From contig JASHQN010000098.1 in the NCBI GenBank assembly GCA_030039135.1, positions 1 through 60,834 of the forward strand: a DNA stretch of 60,834 nt, in the 5' to 3' direction. The notes under the pieces are model-generated. The model was not told the DNA's origin, made no database searches, and was given only the letters and a program-made list of their open reading frames with translations. Both the position numbers and the translations under genes were made by a program. Positions 1 through 8,212 of the stretch are shown in pieces (position 1 is the stretch's first letter; every line of letters begins with the position of its first letter). Source of the stretch: Thermoplasmata archaeon. GTDB taxonomy: Archaea; Thermoplasmatota; Thermoplasmata; Lutacidiplasmatales; UBA184.

Positions 1-1
1 G

Positions 2-214
2 TTCCTCGGGGCGCTGCTCGGGGCCGACGTCGGCGCAAGTTCGTACGTACTCGGGATCTCGGTCTACGAGGGGATCCTCTTCTTCCACCTGGTGAACGCG
101 CTCGCGATCATCACGCAGGCGGCCGCGGTCGCGATCGCCTACGACATGTGGGAGGACCGGGAGTTCGAGAAGGAGTCCGAGGCCGGAGCGATCCCGAGGG
201 CGCGGGCGGTCTAG
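2..214 (+). CDS. C-terminal fragment of an integral membrane protein (5' end outside window)
   Basis: Frame 2 is open from the window edge to TAG 212-214. The translation is hydrophobic (FLGALLGADVGASSYVLGISVYEGILFFHLVNALAIITQAAAVAIAYDMW...) and third codon positions are G/C-rich. It is not in the ORF track because no start lies inside the window. Confidence 0.45.
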   Translation, partial: FLGALLGADVGASSYVLGISVYEGILFFHLVNALAIITQAAAVAIAYDMWEDREFEKESEAGAIPRARAV

Positions 215-933
215 GGGGCTGGCGGGGGCGCCCGGACGAGGAGAGTGAGGAGTTCCGCAGCGAGCCCGCGAGGGGCGGGCCGCGGGACACGGGCGGCGAC
301 CGCCCGACGCACGCGACGCGTGACCTCCTCCCGCCGGCCACCTCCGTTGACGAGACGGTAGCGCGCGCCGAGCGTCGGCGCGACCCACCGCTCGAAATCC
401 TGTCGCTCGAACCGCCCCGCAGCCTCGTGGCGGGCGGCGAGGGCGGGCGGGTGCCCGCGAGGATCGGCCGCGATACGCCGCCGGCGCGTTCGCTCGTTGG
501 TGTCGAGGTAGATCGTGAGGTCCGGCACGCCCCATCGCCGGTCCCGAAGAAGGGCTCGTGCGGTCCGATCCAGCGGACCGAGGATCGACGCCGGGGCGAG
601 GCCGAGGGCGACGAGCGCGCGCGAGTAGGTGATCGGGCCGAAAAATCCGGTGTCGGTGAACACGATCCGACCTCGGTGCGCTGCCGTGCGGGCCTCGGCA
701 AAGCGTCGCGCCTCTTCTCCGAGAAGGCGCCGTTCGAGACCGAGGAGCGACCGCGCCGAGCGGATCTCGAGGGAGGGGGTCGGGCGCAGGCGGCGGTAGG
801 CCTCGGGAAGGACGACGCCGCCGAGCGCCCGTGCAGCGAAGCGGGTGGCCGTGGTCTTGCCGCTCCCCGAGGGTCCCTCGATCGCGACGATCGCGCCTCT
901 CGCGGTCGGCCGGGCCCGCATCGTCGTCGCCAC
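211..933 (-). CDS. P-loop nucleoside/nucleotide kinase-like protein (distant dTMP-kinase/dNK-like)
   Basis: Walker A motif IVAIEGPSGSGKTT lies near the N-terminus, and the size and layout fit small P-loop kinases (DTGFFGP, DLTIYLD). The substrate cannot be assigned from sequence alone. Confidence 0.7.
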   Translation of the reverse strand: MATTMRARPTARGAIVAIEGPSGSGKTTATRFAARALGGVVLPEAYRRLRPTPSLEIRSARSLLGLERRLLGEEARRFAEARTAAHRGRIVFTDTGFFGPITYSRALVALGLAPASILGPLDRTARALLRDRRWGVPDLTIYLDTNERTRRRRIAADPRGHPPALAARHEAAGRFERQDFERWVAPTLGARYRLVNGGGRREEVTRRVRRAVAARVPRPAPRGLAAELLTLLVRAPPPAP

Positions 934-1004
934 CGCGACGCGCGGCTTACGTTCTCGCGCCGGCCGTGGCCCCCTCTTTAATCGCCTCGGCGGCTCCCGG
1001 GCCC

Positions 1005-2297
1005 GTGGACGAGGTCTCCGGCACGATCCCGCCGTCCCATCGGTTCGCGGCGCGCGTCCTCGAGTGGGACCGATTCCTCGAGATCGCTCGAGAGATCGAG
1101 CGCACCGATAGCGATCCCGAAGGCGTCGGCATCATGACCCGGAAGGCCCGGATCTTCCCGGTCCGGCTCGACGGCGTCTCGCTCAAGGCATCCCCCCTGT
1201 TGAAGCAGGAGCTTCTCTCGGTCGGCGGTGACGCGGCTCACGCCCGCGGCATCGCGGATCATTCCGTGGCGTCGAGCCCGGTCGTGCTGCTCGCGACGTG
1301 GGGTCAGTACCGTCGGCTGCTCCCAAAGCTCCAGCGCCAGCCGTTCCGCCTCGCCGAGATCGCCGAAGAGGTCGACCGCGCACTGCGAGCGTACGTCGCG
1401 AGCGGATCCCGGACGATCGCGGGGCCCCACCACCGGTTCACGGTCGGCGACCGGCCCCGCGTGATGGGGGTCGTCAACGTCACACCGGACTCCTTCTCGG
1501 ACGGCGGGAAGTTCCTTCAACCGGCGGCCGCAGCCGCCCTTGCCACGCGCCTCGCCGAGGAGGGGGCGAGCGTCGTCGACGTCGGCGGAGAGTCGACGCG
1601 GCCGGGAGCGACCCCGGTCTCGCCCGACGCGGAATGGGCACGGATCGGTCCGGTCCTCGAAGCGCTCCGGGGGACGCTCTCGGTGCCGATCTCGGTCGAC
1701 ACCCGCCATCCCGAGGTCGCCGCGAAGGCGGTCGAGGCGGGGGCCGACCTCGTCAACGATGTCGAGGGGCTGCGCTCGCCCGAGATGCGCCGCGTCGTGG
1801 CGCGCTCGGAGGCCGCCGCGATCGCGATGCACATGCGCGGGACCCCCGAGACGATGCAGACGAACCTGGAGTACGCCGACCTGCGCTCCGAAGTCTATCG
1901 CGCGCTCGCCGACGCGACCGACGACGCGATCCGATCCGGGATTCCGGCGGAGCGGCTCCTCATCGACCCGGGGCTCGGGTTCGGGAAGTCGGCGACCCAG
2001 AGCCTCGAGCTCCTCGTCCACGCCGGGGAGCTACGGAGCCTGGGCTACCCGGTCGTGATCGGGGCGTCGCGGAAGTCGTTCCTGGGGGCCGCCCTCGAGG
2101 GGGTCTCGCGCGACGATCGGCTCGAAGCGGGCCTCGCCGCGGCCGTGATCGCCGCCGAGCGTGGGGTCGCCCTCGTGCGAACCCACGACGTGGGACCGAC
2201 CGTACGAGCGCTCGCGGTCGTCGCAACGGCCGAGCGGGAGGCGGCCCGTCCCCCGTCGACCCGCGCTCCGCTCGTCACCGACGGGCCGGACGATTGA
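1005..2297 (+). CDS. folP: Dihydropteroate synthase with N-terminal accessory domain
   Basis: The C-terminal pterin-binding domain carries VMGVVNVTPDSFSDGG, VDVGGESTRPG, ISVDT, LVNDV and DPGLGFGK. The N-terminal domain carries LLKQELLSVGGDAAHARG. The track ORF starts at 831 but overlaps the converging 211..933 gene. I prefer the in-frame GTG at 1005 (alternative ATG at 1134); the start is uncertain. Confidence 0.85.
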   Translation: MDEVSGTIPPSHRFAARVLEWDRFLEIAREIERTDSDPEGVGIMTRKARIFPVRLDGVSLKASPLLKQELLSVGGDAAHARGIADHSVASSPVVLLATWGQYRRLLPKLQRQPFRLAEIAEEVDRALRAYVASGSRTIAGPHHRFTVGDRPRVMGVVNVTPDSFSDGGKFLQPAAAAALATRLAEEGASVVDVGGESTRPGATPVSPDAEWARIGPVLEALRGTLSVPISVDTRHPEVAAKAVEAGADLVNDVEGLRSPEMRRVVARSEAAAIAMHMRGTPETMQTNLEYADLRSEVYRALADATDDAIRSGIPAERLLIDPGLGFGKSATQSLELLVHAGELRSLGYPVVIGASRKSFLGAALEGVSRDDRLEAGLAAAVIAAERGVALVRTHDVGPTVRALAVVATAEREAARPPSTRAPLVTDGPDD

Positions 2298-2301
2298 AGC
2301 G

Positions 2302-2481
2302 CTAGTCGAGGGGGGAACCGTCGTCCGCGACGTCGACCTCGAGCACGAGGGAGCCCAAGTAATCGCAGTCGAGGCAGTGGTAGACCTGGCCTAGGATCAT
2401 CCCCGCGCTGAGCACGATCCGGGTCGAACCGCAGGTCGGGCAGCGCAGGATCCGGTTACGGGGACTCCGGCGACGAACCAT
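2302..2481 (-). CDS. Small zinc-ribbon protein (59 aa)
   Basis: The translation is [59 protein letters not shown], with CPTC...CLDC pairs. ATG 2481 is preceded by GAGGAGGA. The start lies 26 nt inside the gyrA 3' end. Confidence 0.5.
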   Translation of the reverse strand: MVRRRSPRNRILRCPTCGSTRIVLSAGMILGQVYHCLDCDYLGSLVLEVDVADDGSPLD

Positions 2482-5080
2482 CGTCCTCCTCGTCATCGGG
2501 CTCGATCGGAGGCCCGGGCTCGGGAGGCGAATCGGGGAGGTCGTCCGGGGTCGGGACCTCCGCGGTCGGATCGGAAGGCTCGGCGCGGTCGGACTCGCTC
2601 GTGCTGTCGCCGCCGCTCTCCTCCACGCCGGCCTCGATGATGGCCGCGTCCCGGACCTCGTCGCCCTCGTCAAGGCGGATCACCCGGACCCCCAGGGTGT
2701 TCCGCCCCTGCGAGCGGATCCCCTTCACCGCCGTGCGGATCGTGATCCCGTTCTTCGTCGTGACGAGGAGCTCGGACGCCTCGGTCGTGGGCAGGACGGC
2801 CACGACCGTCCCGTTCCGGCCGCCCGTGCGGATCGTCCGGACGCCCTTCGCGCCGCGTTTCGTGCGGCGGTACTCCTCGGTCGGGCTTCGTTTGCCGTAG
2901 CCGGTCGACGTGAGCGACAGCAGAGTGGGAAAGCTCGGGTTCACCGGCGCCATCGCGACGACCACGTCGTCGCGCCCGCCCGAGAGGCGCACGCCGATGA
3001 CGCCGTAGGTCGCGCGGCCCATCGGTCGCACCTCGGAGATCGGGAACCGGACGAGCTGGCCACGCGCCGTCGCGAGCAGAATCTCGGTCGCCTCGTCGTC
3101 CAAGTGCGCGACCCCGACCAGTTCGTCGCCCTCCTCGAGGTTGATCGCCTGGATGCCGTTCGTGCGGATGTTCTGGAACTGGTCGAGCGTCGTCCGCTTG
3201 ACCGTGCCCCTCCGCGTGGCGAAGAACAGCGATCCCGATGCGGTGACGTCGTGGATGGGCAGGAGCGTCTGGACGCGCTCGCCCGACTTGAGCCGGGGGA
3301 GAAGGTTGACGATCGCCTTGCCCTTGGAGTGGCGGCTACCCTCGGGCAGCTCGTACGCCATCAGCTGGTAGACCCGTCCCTGGTTCGTGAAGAACAGCAC
3401 GTCGTCGTGCGTCCGCGTGACGAACGTGCGGATGACGTAGTCCTCCTCCTTGGTCTCCATGCGGATGAGGCCACGGCCGCCGCGGCGCTGGCGACGGTAC
3501 TGGTCGAGCGGGAGGCGCTTCACGTAGCCGTCCCGCGTGACGAGGACGACCACGTCGGTGTCGGGGATCAGGTCTTCGAGCGTGCGTTCGGTGAACGCGG
3601 GCACGATCGTCGTGCGCCGCGCGTCGCCGAGCCGGGTCTTGAGGTCGGTGAGCTCGTCGGCGATGAGCCGGTCGAGCCGCACCGGGGAGGCGAGGATCTC
3701 GCGCAAGGTCTGGGCGAGCGCCTCCTTCTCCGCCTTCTCCTGCTCGACCGCTTCGCGCTCGAGCGCGGTGAGGCGGGCGAGCCGCATGTCGAGGATCGCC
3801 TTCGCCTGCTCGCTCGAGAGGAGGAACTTGCCCATCAGGCTCGCCTCGGCCGCCGCCACGTCCCGCGAGCGTCGGATGATCCGGATCACTTCGTCGATGT
3901 GATCGATCGCGGTGAGGAACCCCTCGAGGAGATGGAGGCGCTCCTCGGTCTTGCGGAGGTCGAACCTCGTGCGTCGAGTGAGGACGTGCCGACGGTGATC
4001 GAGGTGGAGGACGAGGAGGTCCTTGACGGGGACCACGCGCGGCCGGCCATCGACGAGACAGAGGTTGATCACGCCGAAGCTCGTCTCGAGCGGGGTGTGC
4101 TCGTAGAGCCGGTTGAGAACGATCTCCGCTGGGGCGTCGCGCCGCATCTCGAGGACGATGCTCGTGCCGTGGCGGTCGGACTCGTCGCGCAGGTCGGTGA
4201 TGCCGTCGATCCGCTTCGTCTTGACGAGGTCGGCGATGAGCTCCAGGAGGGCGGTCTTGTTGATCTCGTAGGGGATTTCGGTGATGACGATCTCGTCGCG
4301 TCCGTCGCGCTCCCGCACCTCGGCGCGGCCGCGCAGATGGAGCGTCCCACGTCCGGTCTCGTAGGCCTCGCGGATCCCTTCGGTCGAGAGGAACCCTCCC
4401 GTGGGGAAGTCCGGTCCGGGAAGCAGCTTCAGGATCTCGTCGAGGCCCGCGTCCGGTCGCGCGAGGAGCAGCAGAAGGGCGTCGACGGTCTCCGACAGAT
4501 TGTGCGGAGGCATGTTGGTCGCCATGCCGACCGCGATCCCGGCCGACCCGTTCACGAGCAGGTTCGGCGCCTTGGACGGGACGTCGAGGGGCTCCTTGAG
4601 CGTCCCGTCGAAGTTGTCCATCCAATCGACGGTCTCCCTCTCGATGTCGAGGAGGAGCTCCTCGGCGAACGCGCTCAGTCGGGCCTCGGTGTACCGCATC
4701 GCGGCGGGCGCGTCCCCATCGATCGAGCCGAAGTTCCCCTGTCCGTCGATGAGCGGGTACCGCAGGCTGAACGGCTGGGCCATCCGGACGAGCGCGTCGT
4801 AGACCGCGATGTCGCCGTGGGGGTGGTACTTGCCGAGGACGTCGCCGACCGTGCGCGCGCTCTTGCGGAACGGCCGATCGTGGGTCGCGCCGGATTCCCA
4901 CATCGACCAGAGGATCCGGCGTTGGACGGGCTTGAGGCCGTTGCGGCCGTCGGGCAGGGCGCGCCCGACGATGACGCTCATCGCGTAATCGATGTACGAC
5001 GTGTGCATCTCCCGCTCGAGCGGGCGATCGTGGACCCGGTCGACCGGGATCGGCGGGACCGCTTCGGGGACTTCGCTCAT
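2456..5080 (-). CDS. gyrA: DNA gyrase subunit A
   Basis: 874 aa starting MSEVPE. Motifs: [45 protein letters not shown]. It has a C-terminal beta-pinwheel repeat region and an acidic tail. ATG 5080 overlaps the stop of the upstream gene (ATGA). The track ORF upstream of 5080 is out-of-frame read-through. Confidence 0.95.
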   Translation of the reverse strand: MSEVPEAVPPIPVDRVHDRPLEREMHTSYIDYAMSVIVGRALPDGRNGLKPVQRRILWSMWESGATHDRPFRKSARTVGDVLGKYHPHGDIAVYDALVRMAQPFSLRYPLIDGQGNFGSIDGDAPAAMRYTEARLSAFAEELLLDIERETVDWMDNFDGTLKEPLDVPSKAPNLLVNGSAGIAVGMATNMPPHNLSETVDALLLLLARPDAGLDEILKLLPGPDFPTGGFLSTEGIREAYETGRGTLHLRGRAEVRERDGRDEIVITEIPYEINKTALLELIADLVKTKRIDGITDLRDESDRHGTSIVLEMRRDAPAEIVLNRLYEHTPLETSFGVINLCLVDGRPRVVPVKDLLVLHLDHRRHVLTRRTRFDLRKTEERLHLLEGFLTAIDHIDEVIRIIRRSRDVAAAEASLMGKFLLSSEQAKAILDMRLARLTALEREAVEQEKAEKEALAQTLREILASPVRLDRLIADELTDLKTRLGDARRTTIVPAFTERTLEDLIPDTDVVVLVTRDGYVKRLPLDQYRRQRRGGRGLIRMETKEEDYVIRTFVTRTHDDVLFFTNQGRVYQLMAYELPEGSRHSKGKAIVNLLPRLKSGERVQTLLPIHDVTASGSLFFATRRGTVKRTTLDQFQNIRTNGIQAINLEEGDELVGVAHLDDEATEILLATARGQLVRFPISEVRPMGRATYGVIGVRLSGGRDDVVVAMAPVNPSFPTLLSLTSTGYGKRSPTEEYRRTKRGAKGVRTIRTGGRNGTVVAVLPTTEASELLVTTKNGITIRTAVKGIRSQGRNTLGVRVIRLDEGDEVRDAAIIEAGVEESGGDSTSESDRAEPSDPTAEVPTPDDLPDSPPEPGPPIEPDDEEDDGSSPESP

Positions 5081-6462
5081 CGGGCCTCGGCGCGCGGCGC
5101 GAGCTGCGCCGCGAGAAGGCGGTCCGCCTCGGAGAGGAACCGTTCCCAAGAACCCCGCGGGATCGTGGCCCCGCTCGCGATCCGGTGGCCGCCGCCCTCT
5201 CCCCCCACGACCCCCGCCGCGCCCCGGCAGACGTTCGCGAGATCGAGGCCACGTTGCACGAGGTCGCGAGTGCCGCGCGCGCTGACCTTCGTTCCCTCGG
5301 AGACGACGAACACCGGCCGGTGCGGGTCCAGAAGGTAGAGGATCGCCATGCCGGCCTGCGTGCCCGCGAGCGTGGTGTCGGGGCTCTCGAACCACTGGAG
5401 GAAGTTCATCGCATTTACACCCTCGGCCTCGAGGCGAAGAAGGCCGTTCAGAATCCCCTTCCTCCAGCCGTCCTCGGCCGCCCGCGCGCGCGCGGCCGCC
5501 CCGGCGTCCCCGAGGGCGAAGGCGACGCCGACCCCGGGCGTCTTCGCGCGACCCGTCGCGCTCTGCAGGTTGGAGACCTCCTCCGCGTCGAGGCCGAGAG
5601 AGGGGATGATCCAGCGGTCCTGTCCCACGACCTCGAGCGCCTCGGGCGTGGCCCCTCCCGAGCGGAGCCGATCGCGCACGGCCCCGACGAGGCGCGCGCT
5701 CTCGTCGGGGGTGAGCGTCGACGGGGGTCGGGCCGGATCGATGCCGAGACCTTCCAGGAACCGCCCCACCTCGGTCGGGCGACCCGAGAGCCCCGGGACG
5801 AACGGGTCGATGCTCGCGGTGAGCGCCGCGCCCATCGTGGGACCGAAGAGCGGGAGTCCCGGCCGCCGTAGGACGAGCGAGCGGCGCACCGCCTCGTCGA
5901 CGAGCACGGCGTTGAGGCCGCGGAACCCTCCGACGTGCTGGCGGTCGCCGATCGCTCCCGAGAGCCCCCACGGCGCATTGTCCCAATTGAGCGGGTCGAG
6001 GAAGATCGTGAAGAGCCAGGTGAGGGTGGCGGCGCACATCTCGGACATGCCGTCGACCCCCCAGTCGAGGGGATTGACGAACGCGACGTGGTCGGGCACG
6101 GCCGGAGGGGTCGGGACTCCCGGGTACTGGTGGTGGTCGAGCACCACGACCGGGTACGGATGCGGAGCGTAGAGGTCGGCCCAGGTTGCTCCGGTGTCGA
6201 CAACGAGGATCGGGCCAGCGGTCGCTCGTACCAGTTCGGCCATGCGGTCCCGTTCGACCCCGGAGAGCGCAGTGGCCTGGGCCGGGTAGCCGAGTCGAGC
6301 GAGCGCGCGCAGGGCGGACGAGGCGCTCGCGATGCCGTCGGCGTCGTAGTGGTAGATGACCCGCCAGCGCGCCCGGTGGCCGAGCAGGAGACCCCGGGCC
6401 CGCTCGAACTCGTGGCGGTAGGCCGGGTCGGCGACGAATCCGTCCGGACCCGGAGGCATCAC
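5077..6462 (-). CDS. RecJ/GAN(Cdc45)-like DHH-family single-strand nuclease
   Basis: DHH motifs are [18 protein letters not shown] and the DHHA1 motif [10 protein letters not shown]. The start (GTG 6462 or ATG 6459) overlaps the uS15 stop. Confidence 0.9.
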   Translation of the reverse strand: MMPPGPDGFVADPAYRHEFERARGLLLGHRARWRVIYHYDADGIASASSALRALARLGYPAQATALSGVERDRMAELVRATAGPILVVDTGATWADLYAPHPYPVVVLDHHQYPGVPTPPAVPDHVAFVNPLDWGVDGMSEMCAATLTWLFTIFLDPLNWDNAPWGLSGAIGDRQHVGGFRGLNAVLVDEAVRRSLVLRRPGLPLFGPTMGAALTASIDPFVPGLSGRPTEVGRFLEGLGIDPARPPSTLTPDESARLVGAVRDRLRSGGATPEALEVVGQDRWIIPSLGLDAEEVSNLQSATGRAKTPGVGVAFALGDAGAAARARAAEDGWRKGILNGLLRLEAEGVNAMNFLQWFESPDTTLAGTQAGMAILYLLDPHRPVFVVSEGTKVSARGTRDLVQRGLDLANVCRGAAGVVGGEGGGHRIASGATIPRGSWERFLSEADRLLAAQLAPRAEAR

Positions 6463-6914
6463 TCGACCTGGAGCGCCGCCCCCGCGGCCGAGTACCGCCA
6501 GTTCTCCGGAAGGCGGTGGCGGCGACGGTAGTAGCGGGCCAGGCGACGGATCCGCGATTCCATCAGGTTCAGGCCCCGGCGGTTCGCGAGGTCCTTAGGG
6601 TGGCTCTGCAGGTGGCGCTGCAAGTGCACGACGCGCTTGAGCAGGGCCTGAAGGTCGTCGGGGATCTCGGGAGCGACGCCGTGCTCGCGGAGCAGGACGA
6701 CCAGACGTTGGCCGGTCACGGCACGGGTGAGGGGGACGCCGTAGGAGTCGCGGAGCGTCTGGCCCACCAGGGCGGGCCCCATTCCACCCTTGGCGAGCTG
6801 GACGGCTTGGGCGACGACTTCCTCCGTGGTGGTGGTGACCCACTCCGGTTTCGTCAGCGGGTAGGGCCGGTGCGAGCCGGCTCGGCCCTTGTTGCCGGAG
6901 TGGATTCTCGACAC
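6459..6914 (-). CDS. rps15: 30S ribosomal protein uS15 (archaeal S15P/S13e type)
   Basis: N-terminal S13e-type domain plus the C-terminal S15 helix bundle ([32 protein letters not shown]). GTG start. Confidence 0.95.
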   Translation of the reverse strand: MSRIHSGNKGRAGSHRPYPLTKPEWVTTTTEEVVAQAVQLAKGGMGPALVGQTLRDSYGVPLTRAVTGQRLVVLLREHGVAPEIPDDLQALLKRVVHLQRHLQSHPKDLANRRGLNLMESRIRRLARYYRRRHRLPENWRYSAAGAALQVE

Positions 6915-6937
6915 GGGAGGACGCCCACGTGGGATGG

Positions 6938-6946
6938 CTACTTAAC
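6938..6946 (-). promoter_or_regulatory. TATA-like box upstream of rps15 (minus sense GTTAAGTAG)
   Basis: AT-rich 9-mer in a GC-rich context, centred about 28 nt upstream of GTG 6914. It shares TTAAGTAG with the 7341..7351 box. Confidence 0.4.
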
Positions 6947-6968
6947 CGTTGTAGCGGGCGCGGCGGAC

Positions 6969-7316
6969 TCAGGCGATTCGGTCGCTCTTCTCCTGGGCTT
7001 CCACGAGGAACTGCTTACCGGCGCTGGAGATCCGGTACCGAGCGCGAGGGGCCGCACGGGAATGTCCCGCGGCGGCGTAGTTCCCTGCGGCCTCGGCCTC
7101 CACCAAGCGGTTCCGCACGAGGAGGCCGAGGGCCAGGGGGATCTTGACGAGGTCCTGCTCGACCGCCCAGAATTTCGCTAGGAGCCGTTCGAGGTCCGCG
7201 AGCTCGAGCACCTGCTCCCGGGGCTTGCCCTCGTTCTGCGACTCGGCGCGGTTGAGCTGTTGCAGGATCGCGACCAGCGTGGCCCGGACCGGGTCGGGGG
7301 CGTCCCGTGACGGCAT
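6969..7316 (-). CDS. Small hypothetical protein, paralog A (possible winged-helix)
   Basis: 115 aa with G/C-rich third positions. A TATA-like box lies 30 nt upstream. It shares LxxLNRAE, LLVxNxL and a terminal (Y/F)xI(S/T)xxGKxxLxE pattern with the 7455..7790 product. Confidence 0.6.
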   Translation of the reverse strand: MPSRDAPDPVRATLVAILQQLNRAESQNEGKPREQVLELADLERLLAKFWAVEQDLVKIPLALGLLVRNRLVEAEAAGNYAAAGHSRAAPRARYRISSAGKQFLVEAQEKSDRIA

Positions 7317-7340
7317 CCCCGATTACTACGCGGGGTCCTT

Positions 7341-7351
7341 CTACTTAAAAC
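7341..7351 (-). promoter_or_regulatory. TATA-like box upstream of 6969..7316 (minus sense GTTTTAAGTAG)
   Basis: Centred about 30 nt upstream of ATG 7316. Confidence 0.4.
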
Positions 7352-7454
7352 GGCTCGGCCTCTCTGAGCGCATCCGTCCGGCACACGCTCTTAGACCGGA
7401 ACGCGACGTACGGGCGTCCTCGATCTCCGGGCCGGTCGGTGCAGCCCGGCTCCG

Positions 7455-7790
7455 TCAGACCCGGTTGACCCGCTCGATCTCCTTCAGGAGGAGGCGCTTC
7501 CCGTCGAGCGTGATCGTGAACCGCTCGCTGACGACGCGGCCGCGGTCCCACGCGTACTCGGGGTCGGTGAGCGTGCGCGCGAGCCCGTTCGCGACGAGGA
7601 CCGAGAGCGTGCGATCGACGTCGACGAGCGTCGTCGCGGGGAACCCGACCTTCCCCAGCATGTGCCAGAGCTCCTCTTTCTCGAACCCCTCGACGCTCCC
7701 GCCCTCTTCCTCCGCGCGGTTGAGCAGCTTCAGTACCTCGACCATCTCGAGGTGCAGCTCCCGGGCCTGAGCCTCCGGCGCTTCGATCAC
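7455..7790 (-). CDS. Small hypothetical protein, paralog B (possible winged-helix)
   Basis: 111 aa with a GTG start. The TATA-like box GGATATTTTC lies about 30 nt upstream. See paralog A for the shared motifs. Confidence 0.65.
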   Translation of the reverse strand: MIEAPEAQARELHLEMVEVLKLLNRAEEEGGSVEGFEKEELWHMLGKVGFPATTLVDVDRTLSVLVANGLARTLTDPEYAWDRGRVVSERFTITLDGKRLLLKEIERVNRV

Positions 7791-7818
7791 GGTGCGGAGT
7801 GCGCGGCTTCCCCCACTT

Positions 7819-7828
7819 GAAAATATCC
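7819..7828 (-). promoter_or_regulatory. TATA-like box upstream of 7455..7790 (minus sense GGATATTTTC)
   Basis: Centred about 33 nt upstream of GTG 7790. Confidence 0.45.
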
Positions 7829-7859
7829 TTTCACCCGAACGCTCCGCCCGAGCAGCGTC

Positions 7860-7867
7860 CTTTTAGA
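7860..7867 (+). promoter_or_regulatory. TATA-like box CTTTTAGA upstream of the 7894..8202/trpS unit
   Basis: Centred about 30 nt upstream of ATG 7894. Confidence 0.4.
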
Positions 7868-7893
7868 CCGGGGGCGCAGGTACCGTACCGCCG

Positions 7894-8202
7894 ATGACCT
7901 GCACCTGCCGCAACCCGGCCCGTTGCCCGGTCTGTAACCAGCCGGTCCGCGTGCCGCTCTCGAACCTCGAGAACCAGGCCGGCGGCGCGATCCTCGTCGA
8001 GCGGTTCGCCCGGCGCGACTCCTCGTCGTCGCGCGAGGGCCTGCGCCGGCTCATCGAGGGCTGGGCGACGTGTCCGTCGTGCGGCCACTCGATCCATCAC
8101 GAGCATTCCCGCTCGTGCGTCGCCGAGGCGCTCACCGCCGCGGGGGTCCCGCTCTCCGAACGAGAGTCGATCTTGGCGAAGATCACGTTCCCCGAAGGTT
8201 GA
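7894..8202 (+). CDS. Small Cys/His-rich zinc-binding protein
   Basis: 102 aa with CTCRNPARCPVCN and CPSCGHSIHHEHSRSC clusters. Third positions are G/C-rich. A TATA-like CTTTTAGA box lies about 30 nt upstream. It sits directly upstream of trpS. Confidence 0.6.
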   Translation: MTCTCRNPARCPVCNQPVRVPLSNLENQAGGAILVERFARRDSSSSREGLRRLIEGWATCPSCGHSIHHEHSRSCVAEALTAAGVPLSERESILAKITFPEG

Positions 8203-8212
8203 CCGGTCGACC

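Noticed and set aside
3104-5338. 744-aa plus-strand ORF (and the 638-aa minus-strand ORF 3336..5252) overlapping gyrA
   Set aside because: It is antisense or out of frame to an unambiguous gyrA. The translation is Arg/Asp/Gly/Pro-rich low complexity with no motifs, which is typical of shadow ORFs in high-GC DNA.
5081-6037. N-terminal 319 aa of the 1193-aa track ORF containing gyrA
   Set aside because: It is an out-of-frame read-through across the RecJ-like gene. The real GyrA N-terminus (MSEVPE...) begins at ATG 5080, which overlaps the upstream stop.
2456-6914. gyrB next to gyrA
   Set aside because: No GHKL ATPase or Toprim motifs appear in any frame of the flanking genes. The upstream cistron is clearly a DHH/DHHA1 protein.
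7317-7454. Possible C/D-box sRNA or other ncRNA in the 138-nt gap between the two small paralogs (also checked gaps 16200..16333 and 45115..45318)
   Set aside because: There is no RUGAUGA/CUGA box pair in a suitable arrangement on either strand. The AT-rich element is better explained as the promoter box of the downstream gene.
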